Below, piece by piece: positions 7,726 to 17,024 of a DNA stretch of 64,000 nucleotides; position 1 is the stretch's first letter; each line of letters opens with the position of its first letter. The DNA comes from a virus. The notes beneath the pieces were generated by a model, which saw only the letters and a list, made by a program, of their open reading frames with translations, did no database searches and was not told where the DNA came from. The DNA lies in the IMG/VR virus record IMGVR_UViG_3300035532_000260; one strand, 5' to 3'. The translations under genes and the position numbers were made by a program.

Positions 7726-10107
7726 GTGAGTTATTCTGACATCATATTGGGGACACATGCATTTCTTCGCACATCCGAATTGCGGCATTCTCCCGAGCAG
7801 CTTCGACACATTTTTTCTGTCAAATCCAAGTTTGATCCAGACAAGCTGATCCCGATTTACAAAGAATCCGGGGACTGGTTCGGTATTCCGCTTTATTACC
7901 ACAAGGATTTGAGCAAGCTTTCGTCGAACATTATTGACCGGCGCACGCTTGGGCAGGATGTGTCTTTTAGATGCACGGCTACGCTTCGGGAGAGGCAGGT
8001 ACCTGTTTATGACAAATTTATGCAATCGATTGCACGCGGGAAGACGGGATTTCTTTTGCATGCTCCTACGGGGTCGGGAAAATGTTTGGGGAAGGGTACG
8101 CCTGTTTTGATGTTTTCAGGACAAATTAAGCTTGTTGAGGATATAGTTGTCGGAGATGTTTTAATGGGTCCGGACAGCCAGCCTCGTACAGTGGTTTCTA
8201 CTACGACAGGCCGGGAAGAGATGTTTCGTGTTATTCCGACAAAGGGTGATTCTTTTACCGCGAACCGTTCTCACATTTTATCTGTTCAAATGACAGGAGC
8301 AGCGGGCGGGTTCTCTAAAGATGAGATAGTCAATCTTTCCATAAATGACTATCTTGCCAAGAGTCGCACATTTAAGCATTGTGCTAAGTTGTGGCGTACG
8401 GGTGTTGATTTTTCCGAGAAGTTTGTTCCCGGCGAACTGCCTGCATATCTTCTTGGCGTTTGGTTGGGGGATGGGTCCACTCGTTGTGCATCTATTACAA
8501 ATTCTGATCCTGAGATATTAGAGTATTTGTACAGGTATGCGGACACGCAGGGTTTGTCTGTTCGAGACACAGCTTCTAAAGATCGGTGTCCTACGTATTC
8601 TTTGTCGAATGGACATGATGGCGTTTCAAAAGGCAACCCGTTTTTATACGCTCTTCGGCATTTCAATCTGATTAGTAACAAGCATGTTCCTGATTTGTAT
8701 AAATTTACTTCTCGGGAGCGTCGATTGGATTTGTTGGCGGGTCTGCTTGATACAGATGGTTATTTAACGAGGGGTTCGGTTTATGAATTTTTGACCAAGT
8801 TTGATGTGTTGAGCGATGATGTTTTATTTTTAGCTCGTTCTTTAGGATTCGCCGCGCATAAGAAGCGAGTGACAAAAACTATCAAATCTTTAGGATTTTC
8901 TGGAGAGTATTGGCGTATTTTTATTAGCGGTGATGTTGATGAGATACCCTGCAAGGTAGTACGTAAGCAAGCAAGCCCACGAAGACAGAAAAAGAATGTA
9001 CTTCGTACTGGCTTTTTTTTGGAGTCTCTTGGAGAGGGCGATTATTACGGGTTTGAATTATCTGGGAATGACAGGCTGTTTCTGTTGGGCGATTTTACAG
9101 TTACCCATAACACCGTTATGATGATCAGTTTTATGGCGCAGATTGGAAAGACCGCTTTGATCATTGTCCCACGGTCCAGCATTATTGATCAGTGGAAGCA
9201 ACGCCTTTTGGAACACACGGATTTGACGGAAGATCAAATTGGGCTGGCACGACAATCCACCTGTGATTTTGACGGGAAGGCTGTTGTCATAGGCATGATC
9301 CATTCGTTGTCGCGGGACAAGTATGGGCAGGAGTTCAAGCGTTATTTTGGACAGGTGTGGTGGGATGAGGTGCATACGGCTGGAGCACAGGTTCTTGGTC
9401 GTACTTTGAACATGTTTCCTGCCAAATATCGGGGTGGTGCATCCGCTACGATTGATAGGGCTGATGGGTGTGCTGATGTCTATAAATTGACTCTGGCGCA
9501 GTGTCTGCTTGAGCCGAAGACGCAGCTTACTGATGTTCGCCCTACCGTATTTTTGCGTGAATATCGAACCAAGAAGCGTCATCCCTATTTACAGCGGATG
9601 ACAGATGTCAAATCTCGCCGTGGCGTGTTGATTACCTCGTTGGCTGATGATTTATCCCGCAATGTTTTGTTTGCGGTTTACATATCCAAGTTTCGGCAAT
9701 CTGGCCGGCGGGTCCTGATGCTGTCTGATCGTATCAAGCAATTGGAAACGGTTCGCAATTTACTGACCGGCCGATATGGCATGGCCCCGGGTGAAGTTGG
9801 TTTGTACATCAATAAAACTCGTAAGCTCGAAAAGGAGCGTATTGCCCGGACCTGTCCTGTGATTTTGGCCACCTACGGGATTTTTTCCATGGCGGTGGAT
9901 ATCCCCAATTTGCGTGGTTTGGTTCTTGGCACTCCCATGTCTGATGTTGAGCAGTCTATGGGGCGCATCCTCCGGATTTGTCGAGGCACGAAGGATCCGG
10001 TGATTTTGGATGTGATTGATACTGCATATCCTGATTGTATTCGGTGGGCGGGTAATCGTCAGAAGAATTACGAAAAGCAGAAATCGAAACTCGTAATGGT
10101 CAAATGA
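7726..10107 (+). CDS. SF2 (UvsW/Rad25-like) helicase containing an intein
   Basis: Walker A APTGSGK|T split by intein, DEVH, SAT motif, QSMGRILR; start moved to GTG 7726 behind RBS (ORF-track start overlaps the terminator). Confidence 0.9.
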   Translation: MSYSDIILGTHAFLRTSELRHSPEQLRHIFSVKSKFDPDKLIPIYKESGDWFGIPLYYHKDLSKLSSNIIDRRTLGQDVSFRCTATLRERQVPVYDKFMQSIARGKTGFLLHAPTGSGKCLGKGTPVLMFSGQIKLVEDIVVGDVLMGPDSQPRTVVSTTTGREEMFRVIPTKGDSFTANRSHILSVQMTGAAGGFSKDEIVNLSINDYLAKSRTFKHCAKLWRTGVDFSEKFVPGELPAYLLGVWLGDGSTRCASITNSDPEILEYLYRYADTQGLSVRDTASKDRCPTYSLSNGHDGVSKGNPFLYALRHFNLISNKHVPDLYKFTSRERRLDLLAGLLDTDGYLTRGSVYEFLTKFDVLSDDVLFLARSLGFAAHKKRVTKTIKSLGFSGEYWRIFISGDVDEIPCKVVRKQASPRRQKKNVLRTGFFLESLGEGDYYGFELSGNDRLFLLGDFTVTHNTVMMISFMAQIGKTALIIVPRSSIIDQWKQRLLEHTDLTEDQIGLARQSTCDFDGKAVVIGMIHSLSRDKYGQEFKRYFGQVWWDEVHTAGAQVLGRTLNMFPAKYRGGASATIDRADGCADVYKLTLAQCLLEPKTQLTDVRPTVFLREYRTKKRHPYLQRMTDVKSRRGVLITSLADDLSRNVLFAVYISKFRQSGRRVLMLSDRIKQLETVRNLLTGRYGMAPGEVGLYINKTRKLEKERIARTCPVILATYGIFSMAVDIPNLRGLVLGTPMSDVEQSMGRILRICRGTKDPVILDVIDTAYPDCIRWAGNRQKNYEKQKSKLVMVK
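8083..9111 (+). mobile_element. Intein with LAGLIDADG homing endonuclease (343 aa) in helicase P-loop
   Basis: Starts CLGKGTPVLM, ends FLLGDFTVTHN, +1 residue Thr; endonuclease motifs YLLGVWLGDG and LLAGLLDTDG. Confidence 0.93.
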
Positions 10108-10556
10108 AAACGTCACCAAAGGATGTGGACCGTCGCCGGAGATGGCGCAAATGGTATGCGCGTAACCGGGAAAAGGAATTGGCACGATATCGGGAACGGT
10201 ATGCGAGTATTCCTGAATTTCGTGAGCGCGGGAAGGTGCGGGCGCGTGTTTCCGAGATAAAAAAACGATGTACCCGGATAGTTCAGCATCCGTTGAATCT
10301 TCAAATGACAAGTGAATTTATTGGAATACCGTCCTCTGAGATGCTCCGTTTGGAAAAGGCAGGATGTATCCCGAAGGTTTCTGGGAAAAATAAAAGTCGC
10401 ATTTACACGCCTCGACAGGTTCTTGCTTTGCTATTCGCTGTTCAAAATGCTAGTGTAAAGACATCACATGGGGAAGCCCCTACTTTGGATGACGAAAAAT
10501 TTACATCTTGCATTGAACGCTTTTGGGAGGAGAACGAAAATGACGAAGATCCATAG
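10104..10556 (+). CDS. Putative MerR-like HTH DNA-binding protein
   Basis: EFIGIPSSEMLRLEKAGCIP...SRIYTPRQV resembles the MerR winged HTH; basic N-terminus. Confidence 0.5.
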   Translation: MKTSPKDVDRRRRWRKWYARNREKELARYRERYASIPEFRERGKVRARVSEIKKRCTRIVQHPLNLQMTSEFIGIPSSEMLRLEKAGCIPKVSGKNKSRIYTPRQVLALLFAVQNASVKTSHGEAPTLDDEKFTSCIERFWEENENDEDP

Positions 10557-10902
10557 TGAAGAAGGTATGCTCAAGGTTCGTCGCACCATTTTTGGGGCGG
10601 TGGAAGAGGATTTGGAACCCATAAATGTCCGGCTGTTTGCTACCGATCCTGCGCGTGTGCGGTTGAGTCGTGGGTACACGATCAACCTGGGCAATTATGA
10701 ATCTGCCCGGGTGGATGTTAGCATTGATGTGCCATGCTATCAGGAAGAGGCATTGGGCGTGATTGAACAGCTTTCCAGTTTTGTGGAAGCGCGAGCACAG
10801 CAGGAAGCTGAACGGATTGCTGCAACGACTGGTGTTTCCTCCAATCCTGCCTTTGCCAGCTCCCCGCAGAACAGCCCATCGACGATTGAGGAAATGCTGT
10901 AA
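10540..10902 (+). CDS. Phage hypothetical protein
   Basis: VRLSRGYTINLGNYESARVDVSI segment of a type seen in phage replication regions; RBS GGAGG. Confidence 0.55.
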   Translation: MTKIHSEEGMLKVRRTIFGAVEEDLEPINVRLFATDPARVRLSRGYTINLGNYESARVDVSIDVPCYQEEALGVIEQLSSFVEARAQQEAERIAATTGVSSNPAFASSPQNSPSTIEEML

Positions 10903-12212
10903 TGGCCGGGCTCAATCAGACATTGAAGGCAAAGGCCAAGGGTGGGACCGTTTTGCACGGGTTGTCCGAGTGGCGGGAGAAGCAAAGCAACATTGTTGAT
11001 TTTCAGCGGATTCCGACCGGCATTTTTCCGTTTGATTACGCCGTGGGTGGTGGGATCCCCTGCAATGTGATTACTCAGTTTTATGGGCCGGAGCAGTCGG
11101 GGAAATCGACGTTGAGCTACATTGCCGCGCGTGGTTTGTCTCGTTTTTGTATGCGCTGTATGCAACCGATTGCACTCTGCCAGTGTGAGAAGGATGCTTT
11201 CGGATTATACTGTCCCACATGCGGGAAGCCTGCTGGCGAGTGCAAGCACGCATCCCTGCCAATTGAATTGTGTAACAAGTGTGGGAAGTCCCGTATCGAT
11301 TGTACGTGTGGCACCCAGTTGATCCAAAAAACGTTTCTGTGTCATTTTGAAGGCATGCCTCCTGATGATTTGTATTTCCGGACATTGCAGTATGATGCCG
11401 ACCAGCATCTGGTTGTCGGGCTTCCTGAAGTTGGGGAGGAAGGGTGTGAGATGATTGAAGCAGCCGCCAAGTCAGACGATTGCGGATTGATTATCGTGGA
11501 TAGTTTGGCGGGTATTGTTCCCCGTGCAGAGCTTGACGCTGCATACGATGACGCCCTGGTTGCCAATCAGGCCAGATTGATTGCCCGTTTATTCCGCAGA
11601 CTGTCCGTGATTTTAGTAAACGAATATCGTCGGGGTCATCGGGTGGGTGTTATTTTTATCAATCAGCTTCGTGCCAAGATTGGGGCGGGGAAGTGGGAGT
11701 CGAATGAGACGACACCGGGTGGGTGGGCATCCCGCCACGGTTACCGGTTGTCTGTCCGGGTGAGCCAGTTGTCCAGTGAGGACAAAGACACGACGAACCA
11801 GTTGAAGAATGCTTCTCGGTTTTCCGCTTCTTTGCTCGGCCCGAGTTCCAAACAGCAGATGCTTATTTTGGCGGGGAAGGCCGAGTATAAAATTGTCATG
11901 CAGGACTTTGATGGGTACCAGGCGGGTGCTATCATGGATGCCAATGCGATTACCAATTTTGGCAAGAAGACCGGTTTGCTTGATAAGGGATCGAAGTATT
12001 ATGAGCTGAAGACTACAGACATGCAATTTCGTGTATTGTCTGATTTGGAGAACATGTTGAAGGCTGGCGAATACGCCGATCCCGAAACTGGTGAGGTTTC
12101 TGCCATGCCGTTTCCCGATGATGTTGCCAGATTTATTATTATGAAGCGGGCGAAGGAACAGGCAACACGGGCATTGTTGACATCTCGGGCCGCCAAGTTG
12201 TCAAGCATGTAG
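10902..12212 (+). CDS. recA: RecA/UvsX-like recombinase with Cys-rich insertion
   Basis: RIPTGIFPFDYAVGGGIP, Walker A GPEQSGKST, Walker B IIVDSLAG, IFINQLR. Confidence 0.88.
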   Translation: MAGLNQTLKAKAKGGTVLHGLSEWREKQSNIVDFQRIPTGIFPFDYAVGGGIPCNVITQFYGPEQSGKSTLSYIAARGLSRFCMRCMQPIALCQCEKDAFGLYCPTCGKPAGECKHASLPIELCNKCGKSRIDCTCGTQLIQKTFLCHFEGMPPDDLYFRTLQYDADQHLVVGLPEVGEEGCEMIEAAAKSDDCGLIIVDSLAGIVPRAELDAAYDDALVANQARLIARLFRRLSVILVNEYRRGHRVGVIFINQLRAKIGAGKWESNETTPGGWASRHGYRLSVRVSQLSSEDKDTTNQLKNASRFSASLLGPSSKQQMLILAGKAEYKIVMQDFDGYQAGAIMDANAITNFGKKTGLLDKGSKYYELKTTDMQFRVLSDLENMLKAGEYADPETGEVSAMPFPDDVARFIIMKRAKEQATRALLTSRAAKLSSM

Positions 12213-12220
12213 GGGACATT

Positions 12221-12742
12221 ATGAAATGCAGTCGTTGTGGCTGTGACTTTACTATACCGAGGGGTGACCATAAATTTTTTGATTTGGGCACCCCTCAATT
12301 TTGTTCTTTGGATTGTCTCAAAAGGTATGTTTTGTCATTGCCTGCAAAACGGGTAGAATCGATTCCAGGGGTTCATCGATCCATGGATCCTTTGGTGATG
12401 GTGGATGCTGTAAGTTTTTCGCCGTTACTTGGCTGTTCGTTTCGCAGTGATTACGAGCGATTATTTGCCGAGACGTTGTGTCTGTCATGGCATTGGCGGA
12501 CGGTTGTTTATGAGCCGTACACGATCCCGGTCACTTCCCGCAGAACGTACACGCCGGACTTTTATTTGCCCCGACCCGGGGTGTGGTTTGAGGTAAAAGG
12601 CGAATGGAGAAATGGCGCCAAAAAGAAGTTTTTAACTGCTTCCCAGATTATTGGTGAGAATCATTTGATATTGATTCCACCAACGTACAGGAAGTGGTTT
12701 GTTCGGGAAGAAAAGGTGTTACATAGGGGGTTGGGGATATGA
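12221..12742 (+). CDS. PD-(D/E)xK endonuclease (T7 endo I-like) with N-terminal Zn motif
   Basis: YEP...YTPDFYL...WFEVKG; CSRC...FCSLDC. Confidence 0.7.
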   Translation: MKCSRCGCDFTIPRGDHKFFDLGTPQFCSLDCLKRYVLSLPAKRVESIPGVHRSMDPLVMVDAVSFSPLLGCSFRSDYERLFAETLCLSWHWRTVVYEPYTIPVTSRRTYTPDFYLPRPGVWFEVKGEWRNGAKKKFLTASQIIGENHLILIPPTYRKWFVREEKVLHRGLGI

Positions 12743-13650
12743 GAAGATTGCGGTTTCGTGCATCGATGAATCAGGATGGTGTATCCAGTCAGCTTATCAA
12801 CAGCATGGATGAAATCACAGATCCGTCTTTATTGGCACGTACCATGCTCGATCTTCCGGCGCAGGAAGAACAAGTTGTGTATCCTCGTCAATTTCGTGCT
12901 TCAATGATGGGGACTGCTTGTGTTCGAGAACGTGTTTTGGGTTACCGTTCCTGCTTGATTTACAAGAAAAGAATTGATATAGGTTTGCAAGTTACATTTG
13001 ATATTGGGAATGCGATTCATGATTTTTTGCAGAATCAGCCAAAATATCTTGGTCATCGTTTGGTTGGGTGGTGGGAGTGTCAGGCTTGTGGTCATTTGTA
13101 TTGGGGGATGCGCAGGAAGCAACAATGTCCGCAATGTGGGGCGCGGTCCCGTGCGTACCGGTACAAAGAACATGAAGTTTCGTTGACTGATCCGTATTTG
13201 GCGTCTGGCCACCAGGATATGTTTTGGGAGTTGTCGCCTGTGGACATTCGGATTGGCGATTTGAAAACCATATCGGCCAAGGAGTACAAGACGCTATCTT
13301 CTCCAAAACCGAATCATGTTTTGCAGGTTTTGACGTACATGATTTTGTCAGAATATGACAAAACGCTTCCTGTCCCGTTGAATCTTCACAAGGGGTTTTT
13401 GTTTTATATATCGAAGCAGCATCATTTTAAGGGGTTGCCGTTTAAGGCGTTTACGATTGACCGCAGTAAATTGATTCGGGAAGAACGATTTATCCGTGGA
13501 ATTTATGAAGCATTCACTCGGGGAGTCAATGATCCAACGTATTTTCCGCCGTGTCTGCCCTCCTGCTTAGAAAGCAATTTTACGTCGCGGATGGCTAAGG
13601 ATTGTCCTGTGCGCCAAGCATGCATTGAAGCTTCTCCGGCCGGCAAATAG
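12739..13650 (+). CDS. Cas4-like PD-(D/E)xK exonuclease
   Basis: S.MGTACVR, GNAIHD, GHQD...IGDLKT, QVLTY, C-terminal C...CPVRQAC Fe-S-type cysteines; internal CxxC ribbon. Confidence 0.7.
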   Translation: MRRLRFRASMNQDGVSSQLINSMDEITDPSLLARTMLDLPAQEEQVVYPRQFRASMMGTACVRERVLGYRSCLIYKKRIDIGLQVTFDIGNAIHDFLQNQPKYLGHRLVGWWECQACGHLYWGMRRKQQCPQCGARSRAYRYKEHEVSLTDPYLASGHQDMFWELSPVDIRIGDLKTISAKEYKTLSSPKPNHVLQVLTYMILSEYDKTLPVPLNLHKGFLFYISKQHHFKGLPFKAFTIDRSKLIREERFIRGIYEAFTRGVNDPTYFPPCLPSCLESNFTSRMAKDCPVRQACIEASPAGK

Positions 13651-13671
13651 TCCATTCTTTGCTGGTATATT

Positions 13672-13730
13672 AAGCTTCTGTGGGCTTTCCTATATAAAAC
13701 CCCTCGGGGATGTTGTTCAAAGGCCTTAAA
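13672..13730. repeat. 59-bp element copy 1 (AAGCTTCTG..TTTCC.ATATAAAACCCCTCGGGG(A)TGTTGTTCAAAGGCCTTAAA)
   Basis: Near-identical to 46512..46570; intergenic. Confidence 0.85.
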
Positions 13731-13797
13731 AAGCCATTTTGGAATTAGTCAATCACGTTTTTATATGGTGCAATCAATTGCACAGGAGGCATGTCGT

Positions 13798-16554
13798 ATG
13801 GGAAAGTCGAGTCCTATGGTTCGGTTATCAAAAAAACAGGTGAAGAAGAAAATCCAGTTTATTCGGGATTACATGGCCGCAGGGAATGCAGCGACGGGAT
13901 CCGTGCTGGATGCAAATGCCAATGTCAATCAGAAAAATATCAGCACGTTGCACAGTGAATTGAATAAAGATGTTAACATTCAGGTAGGCCGCCGTCTCTT
14001 GTATGAAAAGATTATCGAGTTATTTGATAAAGAATTGGCGGACGAATATATTCGGCAATTGGAAAGTCATGAGATTTACTGCCACGATGAAACAACAATT
14101 TACCCGTATTGCGTCTCGATTTCCATGTATCCTTTTTTGAAAAATGGGACCCGTGATTTGGGTGGAGAGTCGTTGGCCCCAAAGCATTTTGAGTCGTATT
14201 GTGGCAGTTTTATCAACATGATTTATGCCATTTCGTCACAGTACGCCGGCGCGGTAGCTACTGTGGAGTTCTTAATGCACATGGATTATTTCGCTCGGAA
14301 GGATTTTGGACCAAATTACTTGGAGACGAACGAGCGCGATATCAATGATGGATTGCAACATGTTGTTTACAGCTTGAATCAGCCTGCAGCGGCCCGGGGG
14401 TATCAGTGTGTTAAAGAAACTACGGAACTGTTGACCCCTGATGGCTATAAGAAATTGGGTGACCTGAAAGTTGGGGATGTATGCTATACGTGGAAGGATG
14501 GAAAGCTTTTCAAGGAAAAGATTCAACGATTGAATACATATCAATTTGATGGGGAGTTGATGGAGTTTTCCGGACAGAATTACAAGCAGACGGTAACCCC
14601 CAATCATCGAGTTCTTTACAAGAAACCGAATTGTCCAGGTGAATATGCAATCAAAGAAGCGCATGAAGTGTTTGGCCATTCCAAGCTTTCGCTTCCGATT
14701 TCTGCTGACAACGACTTTGAAGATTATCCGATTTCAGACGCAATGCTTGAGTTGGTTGTCTTTGTTCTTACCGAAGGTAGTATTGATAGGAGCAGGCTAC
14801 AGATTTACAAATCCGCGAATCGGTGGGGACATGAACGTCTTAAAGAATTGTTGGAAATCACCGGGACAGGTTATACATGTTCTGAGTTTTCCAGTGAATT
14901 TGGGTTTGTTGATGTGTTCCGGATTTCTTCTGTTGATTCTGCCACGTTGATGCATTTGGTTCATGGAACGAAGAAAGAATTGCCTTTCTTTTTTTCCATG
15001 TTGAGCCAGCGTCAGGCCAAGCTTGTTATTGAAGCATGGAGTCGGCTTGATGGCATGTGGCAGGATGGCAGGCCTCGTCTGCAATGTGATAATGAATTGA
15101 TTGCGGATCAGCTTCAGCATGTTGCGTTTCTTGCGGGCTATGGTAGCACTCTTGAACATGTTGAATATTCTCGCATTGATGGTTCTGGTTCTGTTCCCGG
15201 GCTGTATGTGAAGACCTTTAGGCGGGATGCGAAGCGCGTGTCCTCGTATAATCTTGTGCCCTATAAAGGGACTGTCTGGTGTCCTACTACCGAGACGGGT
15301 GTTGTTATTTTCCGGGAGGAGGGTACGCCGTACATTTCAGGCAATTCTGTTTTCTGGAACATTTCGATTTTTGACCGACCGTATTTTGAATCGATTTTTG
15401 AAGGGTTTGTTTATCCTGGGACGGATGACCGGCCGGATTATGACAGCATTGCCAAGTTGCAGAAGTATTTCATGCAGTGGTTTAACAAAGAGCGGGAGCG
15501 TAGTTTGCTTACGTATCCCGTAGTGACTGCGGCGATTTTGAATAAAGAGGATCGTTCGGGCTTTGAAGATCCGGAAATGGTTGATCTTGTTTGCAAGGAA
15601 TTGGCGGCAGGAAACAGTTTTTTCGTGTATCAATCGGAAAGTGCAGACTCGTTGAGTTCCTGTTGTAGATTAAAGAACAAATTTATTGAAAAGCCTGAGT
15701 TTTCCTACACGCTTGGGGCGGGTGGTGTTTCAACCGGTTCTGTAAATGTGATCACGACAAACATTTCTCGGCTGGTGCAGGATGGCCGGGATTTGCGGGA
15801 AGAGATCCGGAAGGTCCATAAGTATCAGGTTGCGTACAGATCGATTATTGAGGATTTTTTGCATGCGAAGATGCTTCCGGCCTATGATGCTGGGTATATT
15901 ACGCTTGATAAACAGTATTCGACAATCGGGATTATCGGCCTTGTTGAGGCTGCTGAATATCTTGGGATCACGCCCGGCAATACTGAAGAGTACAAGAATT
16001 TTCTCGTTTCGATTTTACAACCTATTTACGAAGAGAACCGAAAGGCGACCAAGAAATACGGGATTCCGTTCAATACTGAAATGGTTCCCGGTGAGTCTCT
16101 TGGGGTGAAGTTTGCCGGTTGGGATCGTAAGGCTGGTTATTCTGTTCCCAGGGATTGTTACAATTCGTATTTTTACGTTGTTGAGGACGCATCGACAGAT
16201 ATTTACGACAAGTTCTGTCTGCATGGGGAGGATGTTGTTTCATATCTTGATGGTGGAAGTGCTTTGCATCTTAATTTGGAAGAGCATTTGTCAGAAGAAG
16301 GGTACAAGAATCTGTTGAAGTTGGCCATGCGCACCGGTTGCAATTATTGGACGACCAATGTTTTGTCCACATGTTGTGAGGATTGCGGGTACATTGATAA
16401 AAAGACTCGTACGCAATGCCAGAAATGCGGGTCCACGAATATCTCGCATGCCACCCGGGTGATTGGTTATCTGAAAAAGATTTCTGCATTTTCAGAAGAT
16501 CGGCAAAAAGAGCATGCAAGAAGGAGTTACCATGCATCTATCGGAACAGTTTGA
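13798..16554 (+). CDS. nrdD: Anaerobic (class III) ribonucleoside-triphosphate reductase with intein
   Basis: QYAGAVA, NQPAAARGYQ|SVFWN, LSSCCRL, GSVNVIT, EMVPGES, CEDC..CQKC Zn site, TRVIGYL glycyl-radical motif; ORF open from 13765. Confidence 0.95.
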   Translation: MGKSSPMVRLSKKQVKKKIQFIRDYMAAGNAATGSVLDANANVNQKNISTLHSELNKDVNIQVGRRLLYEKIIELFDKELADEYIRQLESHEIYCHDETTIYPYCVSISMYPFLKNGTRDLGGESLAPKHFESYCGSFINMIYAISSQYAGAVATVEFLMHMDYFARKDFGPNYLETNERDINDGLQHVVYSLNQPAAARGYQCVKETTELLTPDGYKKLGDLKVGDVCYTWKDGKLFKEKIQRLNTYQFDGELMEFSGQNYKQTVTPNHRVLYKKPNCPGEYAIKEAHEVFGHSKLSLPISADNDFEDYPISDAMLELVVFVLTEGSIDRSRLQIYKSANRWGHERLKELLEITGTGYTCSEFSSEFGFVDVFRISSVDSATLMHLVHGTKKELPFFFSMLSQRQAKLVIEAWSRLDGMWQDGRPRLQCDNELIADQLQHVAFLAGYGSTLEHVEYSRIDGSGSVPGLYVKTFRRDAKRVSSYNLVPYKGTVWCPTTETGVVIFREEGTPYISGNSVFWNISIFDRPYFESIFEGFVYPGTDDRPDYDSIAKLQKYFMQWFNKERERSLLTYPVVTAAILNKEDRSGFEDPEMVDLVCKELAAGNSFFVYQSESADSLSSCCRLKNKFIEKPEFSYTLGAGGVSTGSVNVITTNISRLVQDGRDLREEIRKVHKYQVAYRSIIEDFLHAKMLPAYDAGYITLDKQYSTIGIIGLVEAAEYLGITPGNTEEYKNFLVSILQPIYEENRKATKKYGIPFNTEMVPGESLGVKFAGWDRKAGYSVPRDCYNSYFYVVEDASTDIYDKFCLHGEDVVSYLDGGSALHLNLEEHLSEEGYKNLLKLAMRTGCNYWTTNVLSTCCEDCGYIDKKTRTQCQKCGSTNISHATRVIGYLKKISAFSEDRQKEHARRSYHASIGTV
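14407..15345 (+). mobile_element. Intein (313 aa) in NrdD with degenerate LAGLIDADG-like domain
   Basis: Starts CVKETTELLT, block B VTPNHRV, block F VWCPTT, ends YISGN with +1 Ser; removal restores RGYQSVFWN. Confidence 0.9.
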
Positions 16555-17014
16555 ATTTGATCCATGGCTTCGCTCGCTGAATTTGTATGTGACTGGTTGC
16601 CGGCGAAGATGTCCCGGTTGTCATAACCCCGAATTGCAGACGTTTAGCTGTGGAGTTCCGTGGGAAGACATTTATCCATCTATTGCCCGGGAGTTATCGG
16701 GATTGCGTGGCATTATTACTCGGGTGTTTTTGTGGGGTGGCGAGCCGTTGGACCAGCCTTTGGACGAATTGAAGAGCCTGTTGTCTCGGATCAAGGACAG
16801 TGGCTTGCAGGTTTGGCTGTTTACAGGGAATGAATTGTCTCAGGTTCCTCCCTCTGTTTTGTCGTCGGCGTATTTGGATTATATCAAGACGGGGGCGTAT
16901 CGGCAGGAGTTCCGAAGTGATTCTTATTTTCGTGGTGGACTCCGCCTAGCTACCACGAATCAGCGTTTGTTCCGGCTTGTGGCGGATCATAAAGTAGAAG
17001 AGATTTTGTCATAG
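16532..17014 (+). CDS. nrdG: Anaerobic RNR activating enzyme (radical SAM)
   Basis: GCRRRCPGCHN CxxxCxxC, WGGEPLDQ, DYIKTGAY, TTNQR. Confidence 0.93.
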   Translation: MHLSEQFEFDPWLRSLNLYVTGCRRRCPGCHNPELQTFSCGVPWEDIYPSIARELSGLRGIITRVFLWGGEPLDQPLDELKSLLSRIKDSGLQVWLFTGNELSQVPPSVLSSAYLDYIKTGAYRQEFRSDSYFRGGLRLATTNQRLFRLVADHKVEEILS

Positions 17015-17024
17015 GGGGATCCGT

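Noticed and set aside
6844-8061. 405-aa minus-strand ORF, and similar long antisense ORFs such as 55316..56368
   Set aside because: They overlap well-supported + strand genes and have no recognisable domains
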